This document shows, in pieces, positions 8,706-17,531 of a stretch of DNA of 64,000 nucleotides (the stretch's first letter is position 1; every line of letters begins with the position of its first letter). The notes under the pieces were generated by a model. That model made no database searches. It was not told the origin of the DNA and saw only the letters and a program-made list of their open reading frames with translations. The position numbers were made by a program, and so were the translations under genes. The DNA is from Planctomycetota bacterium (GTDB lineage: Bacteria > Planctomycetota > B15-G4): NCBI GenBank assembly GCA_965248575.1, contig CBDFJQ010000002.1, positions 2,816,001-2,880,000 on the forward strand, in the 5' to 3' direction.

Positions 8706-10355
8706 TCAGGGAACGTCGATGCGCACGGCATTGGAACTGGCGTAGCCGAACACACCACCCACGTCTTCGAACCACCACTGTAGGAACAGGGTCGTCCCCG
8801 ACGGGATGTTGTTGGGCCAAAGCCCCGAGATGTCAGCTTGTCCCAGGCCGTCAATGCCACGCAGCAGGATCTTGTCGACGGAGGGCACCAGCACGCCGCC
8901 TTCGAAGGCGAGGTTTGCCTCGTTGAAGCCCATGATGAAGAAGCCGAGTTCGCCGGGCGCCCCGCCGAACAGCTCGAAGGCACCGGGCGTCCCGGGCAAC
9001 AAGCTGCCCTCGGCCAGGTGGATCGGCAAACCACTCGAGCCGGCCAGCGCCTTGCCGAGGTCCGTGAAGGGTGAGCCGGCGCCATAGCTGCGGTTGATGA
9101 GCACACCCACCTCATCCGTGCCGAACAAGCCGGTATTGAGCGCCACCACCACGTCGAGGTCCCCGTCACCGTCCAGGTCGCCCAGCTTGAGGTCGGCGGG
9201 GATCGTCGCCGCGAAAGTATTGACCAGCGCAAACGATCCGTCGCCGGCGCCCTTCCAGATGTCGATGCTGCCGTTGATGTCGGACGTGACGGCGTCCAGC
9301 TCAGCGTCTCCATCGAGATCCCCCACCTGCATGGCGGTGGACGCTCCCGCAGCCGGGCTGAAGACGATCGACCCGAAGGTCCCATCCCCTTGGCCGGGGA
9401 AGAACATCAAGCCGCCCATGCCATTGCCCACGACCATGTCCAGGTCGCCGTTGCCGTCCAAGTCCACGAGCTCCACATCGTAGGGCGTTCCCGCTCCGGC
9501 GCTGACCTCCACCGCAGGGGCCCAGGTCGTCGTGCTGAGACCCATGAAGACAGAGATCGTGAACAGGGACGAGGAGTTGGTCACGACCACATCCATGAAG
9601 CCGTCGTCATCGAGATCGCCTACGGCCAGCGAGTGCCCACCGCCGGTGCTCAGGCCGTGTCCCCCGATCTGGGTGAATCCCCCCAGGCCATCGGCCACCA
9701 GGGCGCTGAAGGCATCGCCCGGGCTGAAGGGTCCGGTGAAACCGATCTTGATCACATCCAAGTGGCCGTCGTTCCCTTGCAGATCGACGATGCGGCCCAA
9801 GGCTCCGCTTCCGGAGAGGGTCGACCCTTCGTAGGAGAACGAGCCGAAGGGAATCGCTCCCGAACCCTCGAAGAACACCGCACGACCAAGCGCTTCACCC
9901 TCGATGGCGACCCAGTCCAGGTGACCGTTGCCGTTCACATCCGCCACGCCAGCCGAACCCAGAAGGTGCGTGGTCAGGGTCTGCCCTTGAACCGGAGCGG
10001 CCAAGCTCCCGTCCCCAACACCTGCCAGGACGTTGTAGGTCACGTTGTTCGAGAACAGAAGGTCCAGTTCCGGAACCGTGAGCACATCGAGCGTCCCGTT
10101 CTCGTCGAAGTCCCCGAGCTCTACCGAGTACGCGCCGTTGAGCAGCGGGTACTCCGCCAGCGATTCAAACGGAATCTGGGCGCCGATGGGCGCACCCCAG
10201 GCGAGCACAGCGCAACCGAGCAAGGCGCCGACACTCCACGCTCGCAGGCGCTGATCGGATTGGGCGCGGCCACACCGACCTGGGTCGAGCTGGGCGGCCT
10301 GGCCCACAGGGGTGCTCGGACAAACGAGATTGGATTCCTTCGATGCCTGGCTCAT
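8706..10355 (-). CDS. Secreted FG-GAP repeat protein with a distinct C-terminal beta domain
   Basis: DFDENGTLD, DVNGNGHLD, DLDDDGFMD, DLDGNGDLD, DLDGDGDLD repeats; hydrophobic signal segment; ATG 10355 with GAGG SD. Confidence 0.87.
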   Translation of the reverse strand: MSQASKESNLVCPSTPVGQAAQLDPGRCGRAQSDQRLRAWSVGALLGCAVLAWGAPIGAQIPFESLAEYPLLNGAYSVELGDFDENGTLDVLTVPELDLLFSNNVTYNVLAGVGDGSLAAPVQGQTLTTHLLGSAGVADVNGNGHLDWVAIEGEALGRAVFFEGSGAIPFGSFSYEGSTLSGSGALGRIVDLQGNDGHLDVIKIGFTGPFSPGDAFSALVADGLGGFTQIGGHGLSTGGGHSLAVGDLDDDGFMDVVVTNSSSLFTISVFMGLSTTTWAPAVEVSAGAGTPYDVELVDLDGNGDLDMVVGNGMGGLMFFPGQGDGTFGSIVFSPAAGASTAMQVGDLDGDAELDAVTSDINGSIDIWKGAGDGSFALVNTFAATIPADLKLGDLDGDGDLDVVVALNTGLFGTDEVGVLINRSYGAGSPFTDLGKALAGSSGLPIHLAEGSLLPGTPGAFELFGGAPGELGFFIMGFNEANLAFEGGVLVPSVDKILLRGIDGLGQADISGLWPNNIPSGTTLFLQWWFEDVGGVFGYASSNAVRIDVP

Positions 10356-10668
10356 GGAGACCTCTTCTCTTCGCTGGACTGTAAAAGGGTGTCTTGCTGG
10401 CACTGACTGGGGGCACGGCAGCGCCGCTGCTCGAACGGCTGGCTCGGCAGCAGCTCACGAACCGCTCCTACCCCCCCCAAGCGCAATCCAACCCTGGCCT
10501 GCGCAACACGATTTGCTGCCTTTCTCGTCATGAAGGCGCTCCTGCGTCCGAATTCCCAGCATTCCACACGGAACGGATTCGCGGTAGGGTCGCGCGGCCG
10601 CTCTGAACGGGCTCGGCGCCGGCACCCCTGGACCGGCTTGCAGCTCCCACCTCCCCACACGACGCTGC

Positions 10669-12162
10669 ATGCTCGTCCTCTTCCACAACATCGAGTTCCT
10701 GGCATTTTTCGTGCCAGTTCTGCTGTTGTACTGGGGAGCTCCCCATCGCTACCGCAACGGACTGTTGCTGGTGGCCAGCTACGTCTTCTACGGCAGCTGG
10801 AACTGGAAGTTCCTGGGCTGCATCTTGGCCTCGACGGCGCTCGATTACCTCTGCGGGCTCGCGATCCACCGGTCCGAGAACCCACGCAAGCGGAAGCTGC
10901 TTCTCACGCTGAGCGTGGTGGTCAACCTCGGCATGCTGGGCTTCTTCAAGTACTACAACTTCTTCATCGAGAGCGCCGTTGCGCTCGCGGACAGCTTCGG
11001 TGTAGTGCTCAGCGCCCCCACGCTGGACATCCTGCTGCCCATCGGCATCTCGTTCTACACCTTCCAGACGATGAGCTACAGCATCGACATCTTCCGGAAG
11101 AAGATCGAGCCCACCACCAACGTGGTCGATTTCGCGCTCTTCGTGGTGTTCTTCCCGCAGCTCATCGCGGGCCCCATCGAGAAGGCCCGCAACCTCCTGC
11201 CGCAGCTTCAGCTGCGCAAGCACCTGAGCGAGGTGGACTGGCGCAAGGGGATCTACCTCTACCTCTACGGCTGCTTCCTCAAGCTCGCCATCGCCGACCC
11301 GGTCGGCCACATGGTGAACCAGGCCTTCGGCGCACCCGACGGGAGCCTCATACGCCTCGACACAGGAGGCTCACGTGTCCTGCTGGCCCTCTACGGCTAC
11401 GCGCTCCAGATCTACTGCGACTTCTCCGGCTACTCCAAGATGGCTCGCGGTCTGGCCTGCATGCTCGGGGTGCGCCTGAGCCGCAACTTCTACATGCCGT
11501 TCTTCGCACGCGGCTACCTCGACTTCTACAAACGCTGGCACATCACCCTCAGCGAGTGGATCGGCGAATACGTCTACATGCCGCTGTACTACGCCATCCC
11601 CCGCATGCGCTGGTTCCGCGGCATCGAAAGCACCGCCACCCGTCTCTACATTTCGGCGGCCCTGGCGCTGCTGGTCACCCGCATCGCCTTCGGGCTCTGG
11701 CACGGGGCTTCCATGACCTTCGTCTGCCTGGGCATGTTCATCTACTTCGGGCAACTGCTCTCGGCCTACGCGCACCAGGCCACCAAACACACGGCCCTGC
11801 GAAACAACCCGGTTCAGGCCGCCATCGCGCGGCCGCTGCAAAGCCTGTTCATGATCCACATGTTCGCCTTTGCCATGCTGTTCTTCCGATCCCATGGCCT
11901 GGAGCAGGTGGGTACCTTCGCGTCGCACCTCTTCACCGATGTGAACGTGGCAGAGCTGTTCCGCTTCGACATGATCTGGTGCCTCTACCTGCCAGCGCTC
12001 TTCATCTACGCCTACGAGCTGCTGCAGTATCGCGCCGATGATGAGTTCCTCATCCTGCGGCAGAGCGGCTACCGGAAGTTGGCATTCTCCCTGACACTGG
12101 TCATACTCTGGACGCTAACGAACACGCCGGAAGGCGATTTGTTCATCTACTTCCAGTTCTGA
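10669..12162 (+). CDS. MBOAT family O-acyltransferase (AlgI/DltB-like)
   Basis: LPIGISFYTFQTMSY, FFPQLIAGPI, QIYCDFSGYS, RWHITLS, catalytic His in GLWHGA; multiple TM helices. Confidence 0.95.
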   Translation: MLVLFHNIEFLAFFVPVLLLYWGAPHRYRNGLLLVASYVFYGSWNWKFLGCILASTALDYLCGLAIHRSENPRKRKLLLTLSVVVNLGMLGFFKYYNFFIESAVALADSFGVVLSAPTLDILLPIGISFYTFQTMSYSIDIFRKKIEPTTNVVDFALFVVFFPQLIAGPIEKARNLLPQLQLRKHLSEVDWRKGIYLYLYGCFLKLAIADPVGHMVNQAFGAPDGSLIRLDTGGSRVLLALYGYALQIYCDFSGYSKMARGLACMLGVRLSRNFYMPFFARGYLDFYKRWHITLSEWIGEYVYMPLYYAIPRMRWFRGIESTATRLYISAALALLVTRIAFGLWHGASMTFVCLGMFIYFGQLLSAYAHQATKHTALRNNPVQAAIARPLQSLFMIHMFAFAMLFFRSHGLEQVGTFASHLFTDVNVAELFRFDMIWCLYLPALFIYAYELLQYRADDEFLILRQSGYRKLAFSLTLVILWTLTNTPEGDLFIYFQF

Positions 12163-12265
12163 CCGGGCGACCTCACAGGCTCCCCAGCCCCTCCAGCACC
12201 CCCGAACCCACCCCGGGCAGGTCGAGGCATCGGCGCTCGCGTGGGGCAATAAGAGAAAGTCCAGC

Positions 12266-12523
12266 ATGAGCGTTGTGGCGCAGATTCGCGAAATCCTCGA
12301 GGCAGAGCGGGACTTCAAGTTGACGGACAAGGTCACGGACGATGACCACCTGATTGAGACTGGAGTCGTCGATTCCTTCGGCATGATCTCGCTCGTCGTC
12401 CTGCTCGAGAAGAAGTTCACCATCAAGGTGAATCCCGAAGACGTGTCCCAGGACGACTTCCGCTCCATCGGTGCCATCGCCCGCTACGTGGAAGGAAAGC
12501 TGGGTGGCGGCGATCGCGGTTGA
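12266..12523 (+). CDS. Acyl/peptidyl carrier protein (DltC-like)
   Basis: 85 aa, acidic; LIETGVVDSFGMISLVVLLEKKF with phosphopantetheine Ser; C-terminal FRSIGAIARYV. Confidence 0.92.
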   Translation: MSVVAQIREILEAERDFKLTDKVTDDDHLIETGVVDSFGMISLVVLLEKKFTIKVNPEDVSQDDFRSIGAIARYVEGKLGGGDRG

Positions 12524-13268
12524 TCACATCCAGTTCTCTGTCCCCGACCTAGCCGGCGCCGTGGCGGCGCTCCAAGCGCGGGGTTGGGCGCTCGACTTTG
12601 AGGCCCCCGACTTCGTCACCGAGGCTCGCCCGTACTTTCGTGAGCGCGGTAAGAGCATCGCTTTCCTCAAGCGCAAGCAGGCGGCCATCGAGATCATCAA
12701 CGGCTCCCGCCATCCAGGGCCGGAGCAGTGGACGCCGGTGTTCTCGAACCCCTGGAGCGAAGGCACGCCCGTCGCCGACACCCGGCTGCACCAGGCCGAG
12801 GTAGCCGAGGCAGAGGAGTCGTACGTCGACGAGCTGGGAGGGGTGTGCCGATTCGAGCGACAGGCCGTTTCCGACACCGGCCCCGACACCGACTTGCTGG
12901 GCCTGCTCCTCAAGAGCCCCAAGCCGGAGGCATCGGCACGCTTCCTGGAACTCCTGGGCTTCCAGCGAGATGCCGACCACAGCGATCGGCTGGTTTTCCC
13001 CGGCAACTTCTTTGGGATGCCGCTGCACGTGTCCATCACACCTGTGGACGGCGACCCGCCCGGTGACAACCTCGTCGACGACCTGGGCATGAGCCTCATC
13101 GCCCTCATCAGCAAGGACCTGGCGACCGACGTCGCCAGCCTTCGTGCCGCAGGGCACTCCGTCAGCGAGACGTTTGAGTACGTCATCAACGGGCGACTCA
13201 TCGCCAACGTGGTCGCCCGGGGCCCGGGGGGCGAATTGGTAGAGCTCATCTCGCTAGGAGGGCAGTGA
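12504..13268 (+). CDS. VOC/glyoxalase superfamily protein
   Basis: VDHIQFSVPDL at the N-terminus and RGPGGELVELI at the C-terminus; GTG 12504 with GAAGGA SD, overlapping the carrier-protein gene end. Confidence 0.75.
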   Translation: MAAIAVDHIQFSVPDLAGAVAALQARGWALDFEAPDFVTEARPYFRERGKSIAFLKRKQAAIEIINGSRHPGPEQWTPVFSNPWSEGTPVADTRLHQAEVAEAEESYVDELGGVCRFERQAVSDTGPDTDLLGLLLKSPKPEASARFLELLGFQRDADHSDRLVFPGNFFGMPLHVSITPVDGDPPGDNLVDDLGMSLIALISKDLATDVASLRAAGHSVSETFEYVINGRLIANVVARGPGGELVELISLGGQ

Positions 13269-13269
13269 C

Positions 13270-14001
13270 ATGACCGACGAGCTCGTGCTCCCCCAGTTCC
13301 TCGGCATCGGTGTCGTCAAGGCCGGTACCACCTGGCTGCATCGGAACCTGTTCGAGCACCCCGATCTCTATCTTCCGGTTCAGAAGCCCGTCTTCTTCTG
13401 GGATCGCCACCGCGAGCGGGGGCTCGAACTCTATTCGCGCATCTTCTCCCCCGGTCGGGACAAGCTGCGAGGCGAGTTCACAGCCAGCTACAGCGTGCTC
13501 TCGCCCGAGATCAAGAACGAGATCCGTCAGCTCATCCCAGAGCTGCGGCTGGTGCTGCTCCTGCGTGAACCCCGCAGCCGCGCGTGGTCGGAAGCCAAGA
13601 TGGAGTTGACCCTCATCCAGGAGCGCGAAGCCGCTGCCCTGATGGAGGACGACTACCTCAGCTTCCTCAAGTCCGATCAGTGCCGCGAGCGCGGCGATTA
13701 CGCCGCCATCATCCGCGCCTGGACCGAGTGCTTCCCTCGCGAGCAGATCTACATCGGGCTCTACGACCAGATTCGGGATGACCCCCGACAGCTGCTCACG
13801 GAGGTGCTCCAGCACCTGGGCGTCGAGGCACCCTCCGACTGGAGCGGATACCCTTTCACGGAACGCATCTTCAAGGGCCCCGAAATCGCGCAGCCAGACA
13901 GCTGCCGGGACTACCTTGAACAGGCCTACCAAACCTCCGAAATCGAGCAGGTTTCGGCGCTTTGCGGCTTGGATCTCGTCAAGGCCTGGAACTACGGATG
14001 A
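13270..14001 (+). CDS. PAPS-dependent sulfotransferase
   Basis: 5'-PSB loop FLGIGVVKAGTTWL; 3'-PB motif LLREPRSRAWS. Confidence 0.9.
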   Translation: MTDELVLPQFLGIGVVKAGTTWLHRNLFEHPDLYLPVQKPVFFWDRHRERGLELYSRIFSPGRDKLRGEFTASYSVLSPEIKNEIRQLIPELRLVLLLREPRSRAWSEAKMELTLIQEREAAALMEDDYLSFLKSDQCRERGDYAAIIRAWTECFPREQIYIGLYDQIRDDPRQLLTEVLQHLGVEAPSDWSGYPFTERIFKGPEIAQPDSCRDYLEQAYQTSEIEQVSALCGLDLVKAWNYG

Positions 14002-14008
14002 ACGCCTG

Positions 14009-16153
14009 GTGAACACTCTCTGGAACCTGCTGACGACCGCGGCTGAAAGCCACGGCACCAGCTCCTTTCTCACTGACCTGCGCACCGAGGGCAGCCTCTC
14101 CTACAACGATCTCAAGGCCCAAAGCGAGGCTGCGTCCTCCTGGCTGGCCCAGCAGGGCGTGGAGCCCGGCGACCGGGTCGTCTACATCACCAAGAACAAC
14201 CCGCTGTTCTTCCCGCTCCTGTTCGGCTGTGCGCACCGAGGTGTGGCCCTCGTGCCCGTCAACGCGGACAACGACCGCCGCGAAACGGACGACGTGCTCG
14301 CAGACTGCGAGCCCAAGCTCGTGCTCTGCGATGCCGAGGGCGCCGAAGGTTGGCTGCACCTGGATGCCACGCTTCAAGCACAGGTCTTCGCGGGTGAGCA
14401 GGCCGCCGAACCCGAAAGCTGCCCGCCCGAGCAGGACGGCCTGATCATCTACACCTCCGGCACCACGGGCCGCAGCAAGGGTGTCGTCCTGAGCCACAAG
14501 AACCTGACCACCATGGCTGGGACCCTGGCGTCGGTCTACAGCTATGCGCCCGGCGAGCGCTTCCTGAGCTTGCTGCCCTACTACCACATCAACGCGCCTG
14601 TCGTGACTGGCCTGGCCTGTATCGCTGGCGGATGCCATGTGCTGGTGACGGACCTCTACGGCTTCACGAATGCTCGATTGATCTTCCCGTTCGTGGAGAA
14701 GCACGGCCTCAACGTCTTGAGCCTGACGCCCTCCATCATGGCGTCGCTGCTCAAGCTCAATCCGGACGGCACGGACGCTGACCTCTCCAGCCTGCGCCTG
14801 GGCCTGGTGGGCACAGCGCACCTCCCGGAACCGCTCTGGCGGCGTTTCGAGGAGGTCTTCGGCATTCCCTGCTACCAAGGCTACGGGCTCACGGAGACCA
14901 CCACCTGGGCCACCATGACGCCGCCCGATGAGCGGAAGCGCTACGACTCTGCCGGCATCGCCATCGGGTCAGAGATTCGCGTCGACGAGAACGCCGGCTC
15001 GGAAGTGTTGATCCGAGGCGACATCGTCATGAACCGCTATCACAACCGGAAAGGGCTGACCAAGAAGCAGTTCCGCGAAGAGTGGTTGCGCACAGGAGAC
15101 ATCGGTCGCATCGATGAGGATGGCCAGCTGTTCATCACCGGCCGCATCAAGAACATCATCAAGCGACGCGGGGTGCTCATCTCTCCAGAGGAGATTGACA
15201 ACGTGCTGCGCCAATTCCCTGGAACCAGGGATGCGTGCACGGTGGGCGTCCCCGACGAACTGTCCGGCGAGCGCATCATCTCCGCTTGTGTCGTGGACGA
15301 GTCGCAGCTCGAGGCCCTGCAGGCCCACGCACGCGCCGCCCTGTCCGCCTACAAGCACCCCGACGAATTCCTCGTGGTCGGTGAGGTCCCCAAGACCGAC
15401 ATGGGCAAACCGGACCTGGCCCAGCTGCGCAAGATCGCTAGCGGCGAGAAGGCCGACGAGGTCGTCAAGAGCTTCGACGTCTATCGCTTCCGTCGCGCGC
15501 GCAGCGATGACATGCCCCAGATCGAACGCATGGTGCAAGACGCCCTGGTGCAGGCAGGAACCCTCGACTTCGCGGGCTTCTGGGGAGTGGGCTCGCGCTC
15601 AGAACTCGCCAAGCCCGACATCGTGGCCATGGATCGGCTCAAGAGCTTCCTGGACGCCATCGCCGACGCGGCCGGGCGCCCGCTGGCCACCTTGGAGCTG
15701 ATCCTGGCGGACATCCACGCGCGCTGCAACAAGGTGGCCCCGGAGATCCACGAGCCCTACTTTGCAGCCATCGACGCCTTGGCCAAGGAGCGCGGCATCC
15801 AGACTTCGTGGCTGAGCCAGGTCTGGGATGAGCACGCGCTGCGCTTCGAAGACGTGCTGCAACAGATGCAGACCAACGAGCGCCTCGAAGAGTGGGAGAA
15901 CTTCACGCTGCGCTCGGACTTCCTGAACCAGGCCTCCAACCGCTGTGCCGACGAAAGCCTCGTGGAAGACCATGCATACCGCTACTTCTTGACCATCACG
16001 ACCGAAAACCCCGCAGTCGCCGCCAGCTTCCGCGACAAGATCTTCTTCACGTACAACGGGCCCGAGTTTCGCATCGCCCTACCGCAGCTCCCGCTAGTGC
16101 ACCTGCACTCCTTGAAGCCGGGGACCGCCGCCAAGCCGTGGTTCAAGGGCTAG
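14009..16153 (+). CDS. ANL-family adenylate-forming (acyl-carrier/CoA) ligase with an additional ~238-aa C-terminal domain
   Basis: IYTSGTTGRSKG, YQGYGLTET, RTGDIG, GRIKNII, PKTDMGK; start reassigned to GTG 14009, just after the sulfotransferase stop. Confidence 0.92.
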   Translation: MNTLWNLLTTAAESHGTSSFLTDLRTEGSLSYNDLKAQSEAASSWLAQQGVEPGDRVVYITKNNPLFFPLLFGCAHRGVALVPVNADNDRRETDDVLADCEPKLVLCDAEGAEGWLHLDATLQAQVFAGEQAAEPESCPPEQDGLIIYTSGTTGRSKGVVLSHKNLTTMAGTLASVYSYAPGERFLSLLPYYHINAPVVTGLACIAGGCHVLVTDLYGFTNARLIFPFVEKHGLNVLSLTPSIMASLLKLNPDGTDADLSSLRLGLVGTAHLPEPLWRRFEEVFGIPCYQGYGLTETTTWATMTPPDERKRYDSAGIAIGSEIRVDENAGSEVLIRGDIVMNRYHNRKGLTKKQFREEWLRTGDIGRIDEDGQLFITGRIKNIIKRRGVLISPEEIDNVLRQFPGTRDACTVGVPDELSGERIISACVVDESQLEALQAHARAALSAYKHPDEFLVVGEVPKTDMGKPDLAQLRKIASGEKADEVVKSFDVYRFRRARSDDMPQIERMVQDALVQAGTLDFAGFWGVGSRSELAKPDIVAMDRLKSFLDAIADAAGRPLATLELILADIHARCNKVAPEIHEPYFAAIDALAKERGIQTSWLSQVWDEHALRFEDVLQQMQTNERLEEWENFTLRSDFLNQASNRCADESLVEDHAYRYFLTITTENPAVAASFRDKIFFTYNGPEFRIALPQLPLVHLHSLKPGTAAKPWFKG

Positions 16154-16159
16154 CCGGGC

Positions 16160-17167
16160 CTAGGGAATGGACTCACCCAGTGGGCTCCACTGGATGTCCA
16201 TCACCAGCGAGTAGAGGCGCTTGACGAAGTAGCTCCTCCAGAAACCGTTGCGGCGGTTGGCTGAAGGAATGGGCTCCGGGGGTTTCCACGCCGTCCGATA
16301 ATCCGCCTGAGACTTTGCGACCAAGGCGTGCACCTGGTTCATGCGTGGCTTCAGCGCCTCGTGAACAATCCCTGCGATGCGTCGGTGAATCGCTTCGGTG
16401 GGGTGAGGGTCCTCGGGATACAGGTAGTACTCCTCCTCGTAGACCACTCCCAGGGATCCCAAGTTGTGAAAGAACGTCTGTCGGGTGTTCTGGAGATGGC
16501 GCTGGAACGCTTGCGGGATCTCCGTCTCACCCAGCATGAAGGCCGCGATGGGCAGCTTGCGCTCCGTGCTGATCTCGAGTGCATGCATCAGGTTGCCGGT
16601 CCGCTTTCCCTCGGAACCCTTCTCGCTGATCTGCCACAGAACGAGATCTGGCTGGAAATAGAGCACCCGCCGCAGCACGCGAGGCAAGCCGTGCACCGTC
16701 TGGGGCATGGCCAGGTTGAACACCTCATAGCGCCGCCCGTCCGAACCGCCAGACGGCAGCGCAGCGTTGAGTGACTGCTCCAACACGGCTGGCCAGGTGT
16801 CGCTGAAGGCGATCCCCGAACCGAGGCTGAGCGACCCACCTATCACTGCGATACGAAAGCGTTCGGGGGCCTTTTCGAGGACGGCGTCCGGGCCCCGGAA
16901 GCCGAGGTTGTTGACCCGGAACGGCGCCCCTTTGCGAACCCCCTCCTGCTTCGGCAGCATCCCCCAGCTGGCGAGATGCTGCATGGATTCAACCGGTGGA
17001 TTCACCGCATAGGGTGACTGCTGCAGGTTGGTCATCCCATACATCTCGTCGTAGCTGAGCCCCGCGACACCGAAGGACTTGACCCGTTGCAAGGCCTCTC
17101 CAACCAGGAAGAGGCTCACGACGATCACGAGGACCTTGAGGGTTGGGCGGATCAGGCGGCGCATCAT
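16160..17167 (-). CDS. Membrane-anchored SGNH/GDSL hydrolase-family protein (possible DltD/AlgJ-like acyl-transfer partner)
   Basis: N-terminal TM; VNNLGFRG; RIAVIGGSLSLG (block I Ser); EVFNLAMP; EDPHPT (DxH); start moved to ATG 17167 because the upstream part overlaps the brxC-like gene. Confidence 0.8.
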   Translation of the reverse strand: MMRRLIRPTLKVLVIVVSLFLVGEALQRVKSFGVAGLSYDEMYGMTNLQQSPYAVNPPVESMQHLASWGMLPKQEGVRKGAPFRVNNLGFRGPDAVLEKAPERFRIAVIGGSLSLGSGIAFSDTWPAVLEQSLNAALPSGGSDGRRYEVFNLAMPQTVHGLPRVLRRVLYFQPDLVLWQISEKGSEGKRTGNLMHALEISTERKLPIAAFMLGETEIPQAFQRHLQNTRQTFFHNLGSLGVVYEEEYYLYPEDPHPTEAIHRRIAGIVHEALKPRMNQVHALVAKSQADYRTAWKPPEPIPSANRRNGFWRSYFVKRLYSLVMDIQWSPLGESIP

Positions 17168-17189
17168 GATGATTTGGAAGGAGGCGTGA

Positions 17190-17531
17190 TTACGCCCCCT
17201 CACCCGAACTCCACGCCTCTTCGAGGGAGGTCGCAGTGATGCCCCCGTGCGATGCATGCCAGACCGGCGAGCCATCCACGAAGAGGATGGCCTGTGGCGA
17301 TTGGTGTGCCACACCGCACGCCTCGGCCAAGCCCCGAGCCACTGCTCGATCGCCGATCACGTCCACGAAGAGCCGCGGCACCTCAGGCTGTGCCGTCCGG
17401 AAGGTAGCCCACTCACGGTGAGCCTTTGCGCTGGTGGGTCAGACGGGCGAGTGCTTGAACAAGAGCACCCGGCGATGGGCGGCCAGGCCGGCCCGAAACT
17501 CATCCATGCTGTGCAGGGCAATCTCGCTCAT
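17190..17531 (-). CDS. brxC: BrxC/YtxJ (DUF2847) monothiol bacilliredoxin homolog; probable selenoprotein (in-frame TGA at codon 31)
   Basis: MSEIALHSMDEFRAGLAAHRRVLLFKHSPV*PTSAKAHREW...LFVDVIGDRAVARGLAEACGVAHQSPQAILFVDGSPVWHASHGGIT; FKHS, HQSPQ and WHASH family motifs flank TGA at 17441-17439; ATG 17531 overlaps the cyaY stop (ATGA). Confidence 0.85.
17405..17441 (-). promoter_or_regulatory. Candidate bacterial SECIS hairpin
   Basis: mRNA UGA-CCCA-CCAGCGCAAAGG-CUCA-CCG-UGAG-UGGG-CUA: lower stem CCCA/UGGG, upper stem CUCA/UGAG; the apical loop is not a canonical E. coli-type match. Confidence 0.45.

Noticed and set aside
17190..17531. Reading brxC as a nonsense pseudogene or as a 63-aa gene
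   Set aside because: The only stop sits at the catalytic Cys position, both halves are intact and the start is coupled to cyaY, so Sec is more parsimonious. Not formally excluded without finding selABC.
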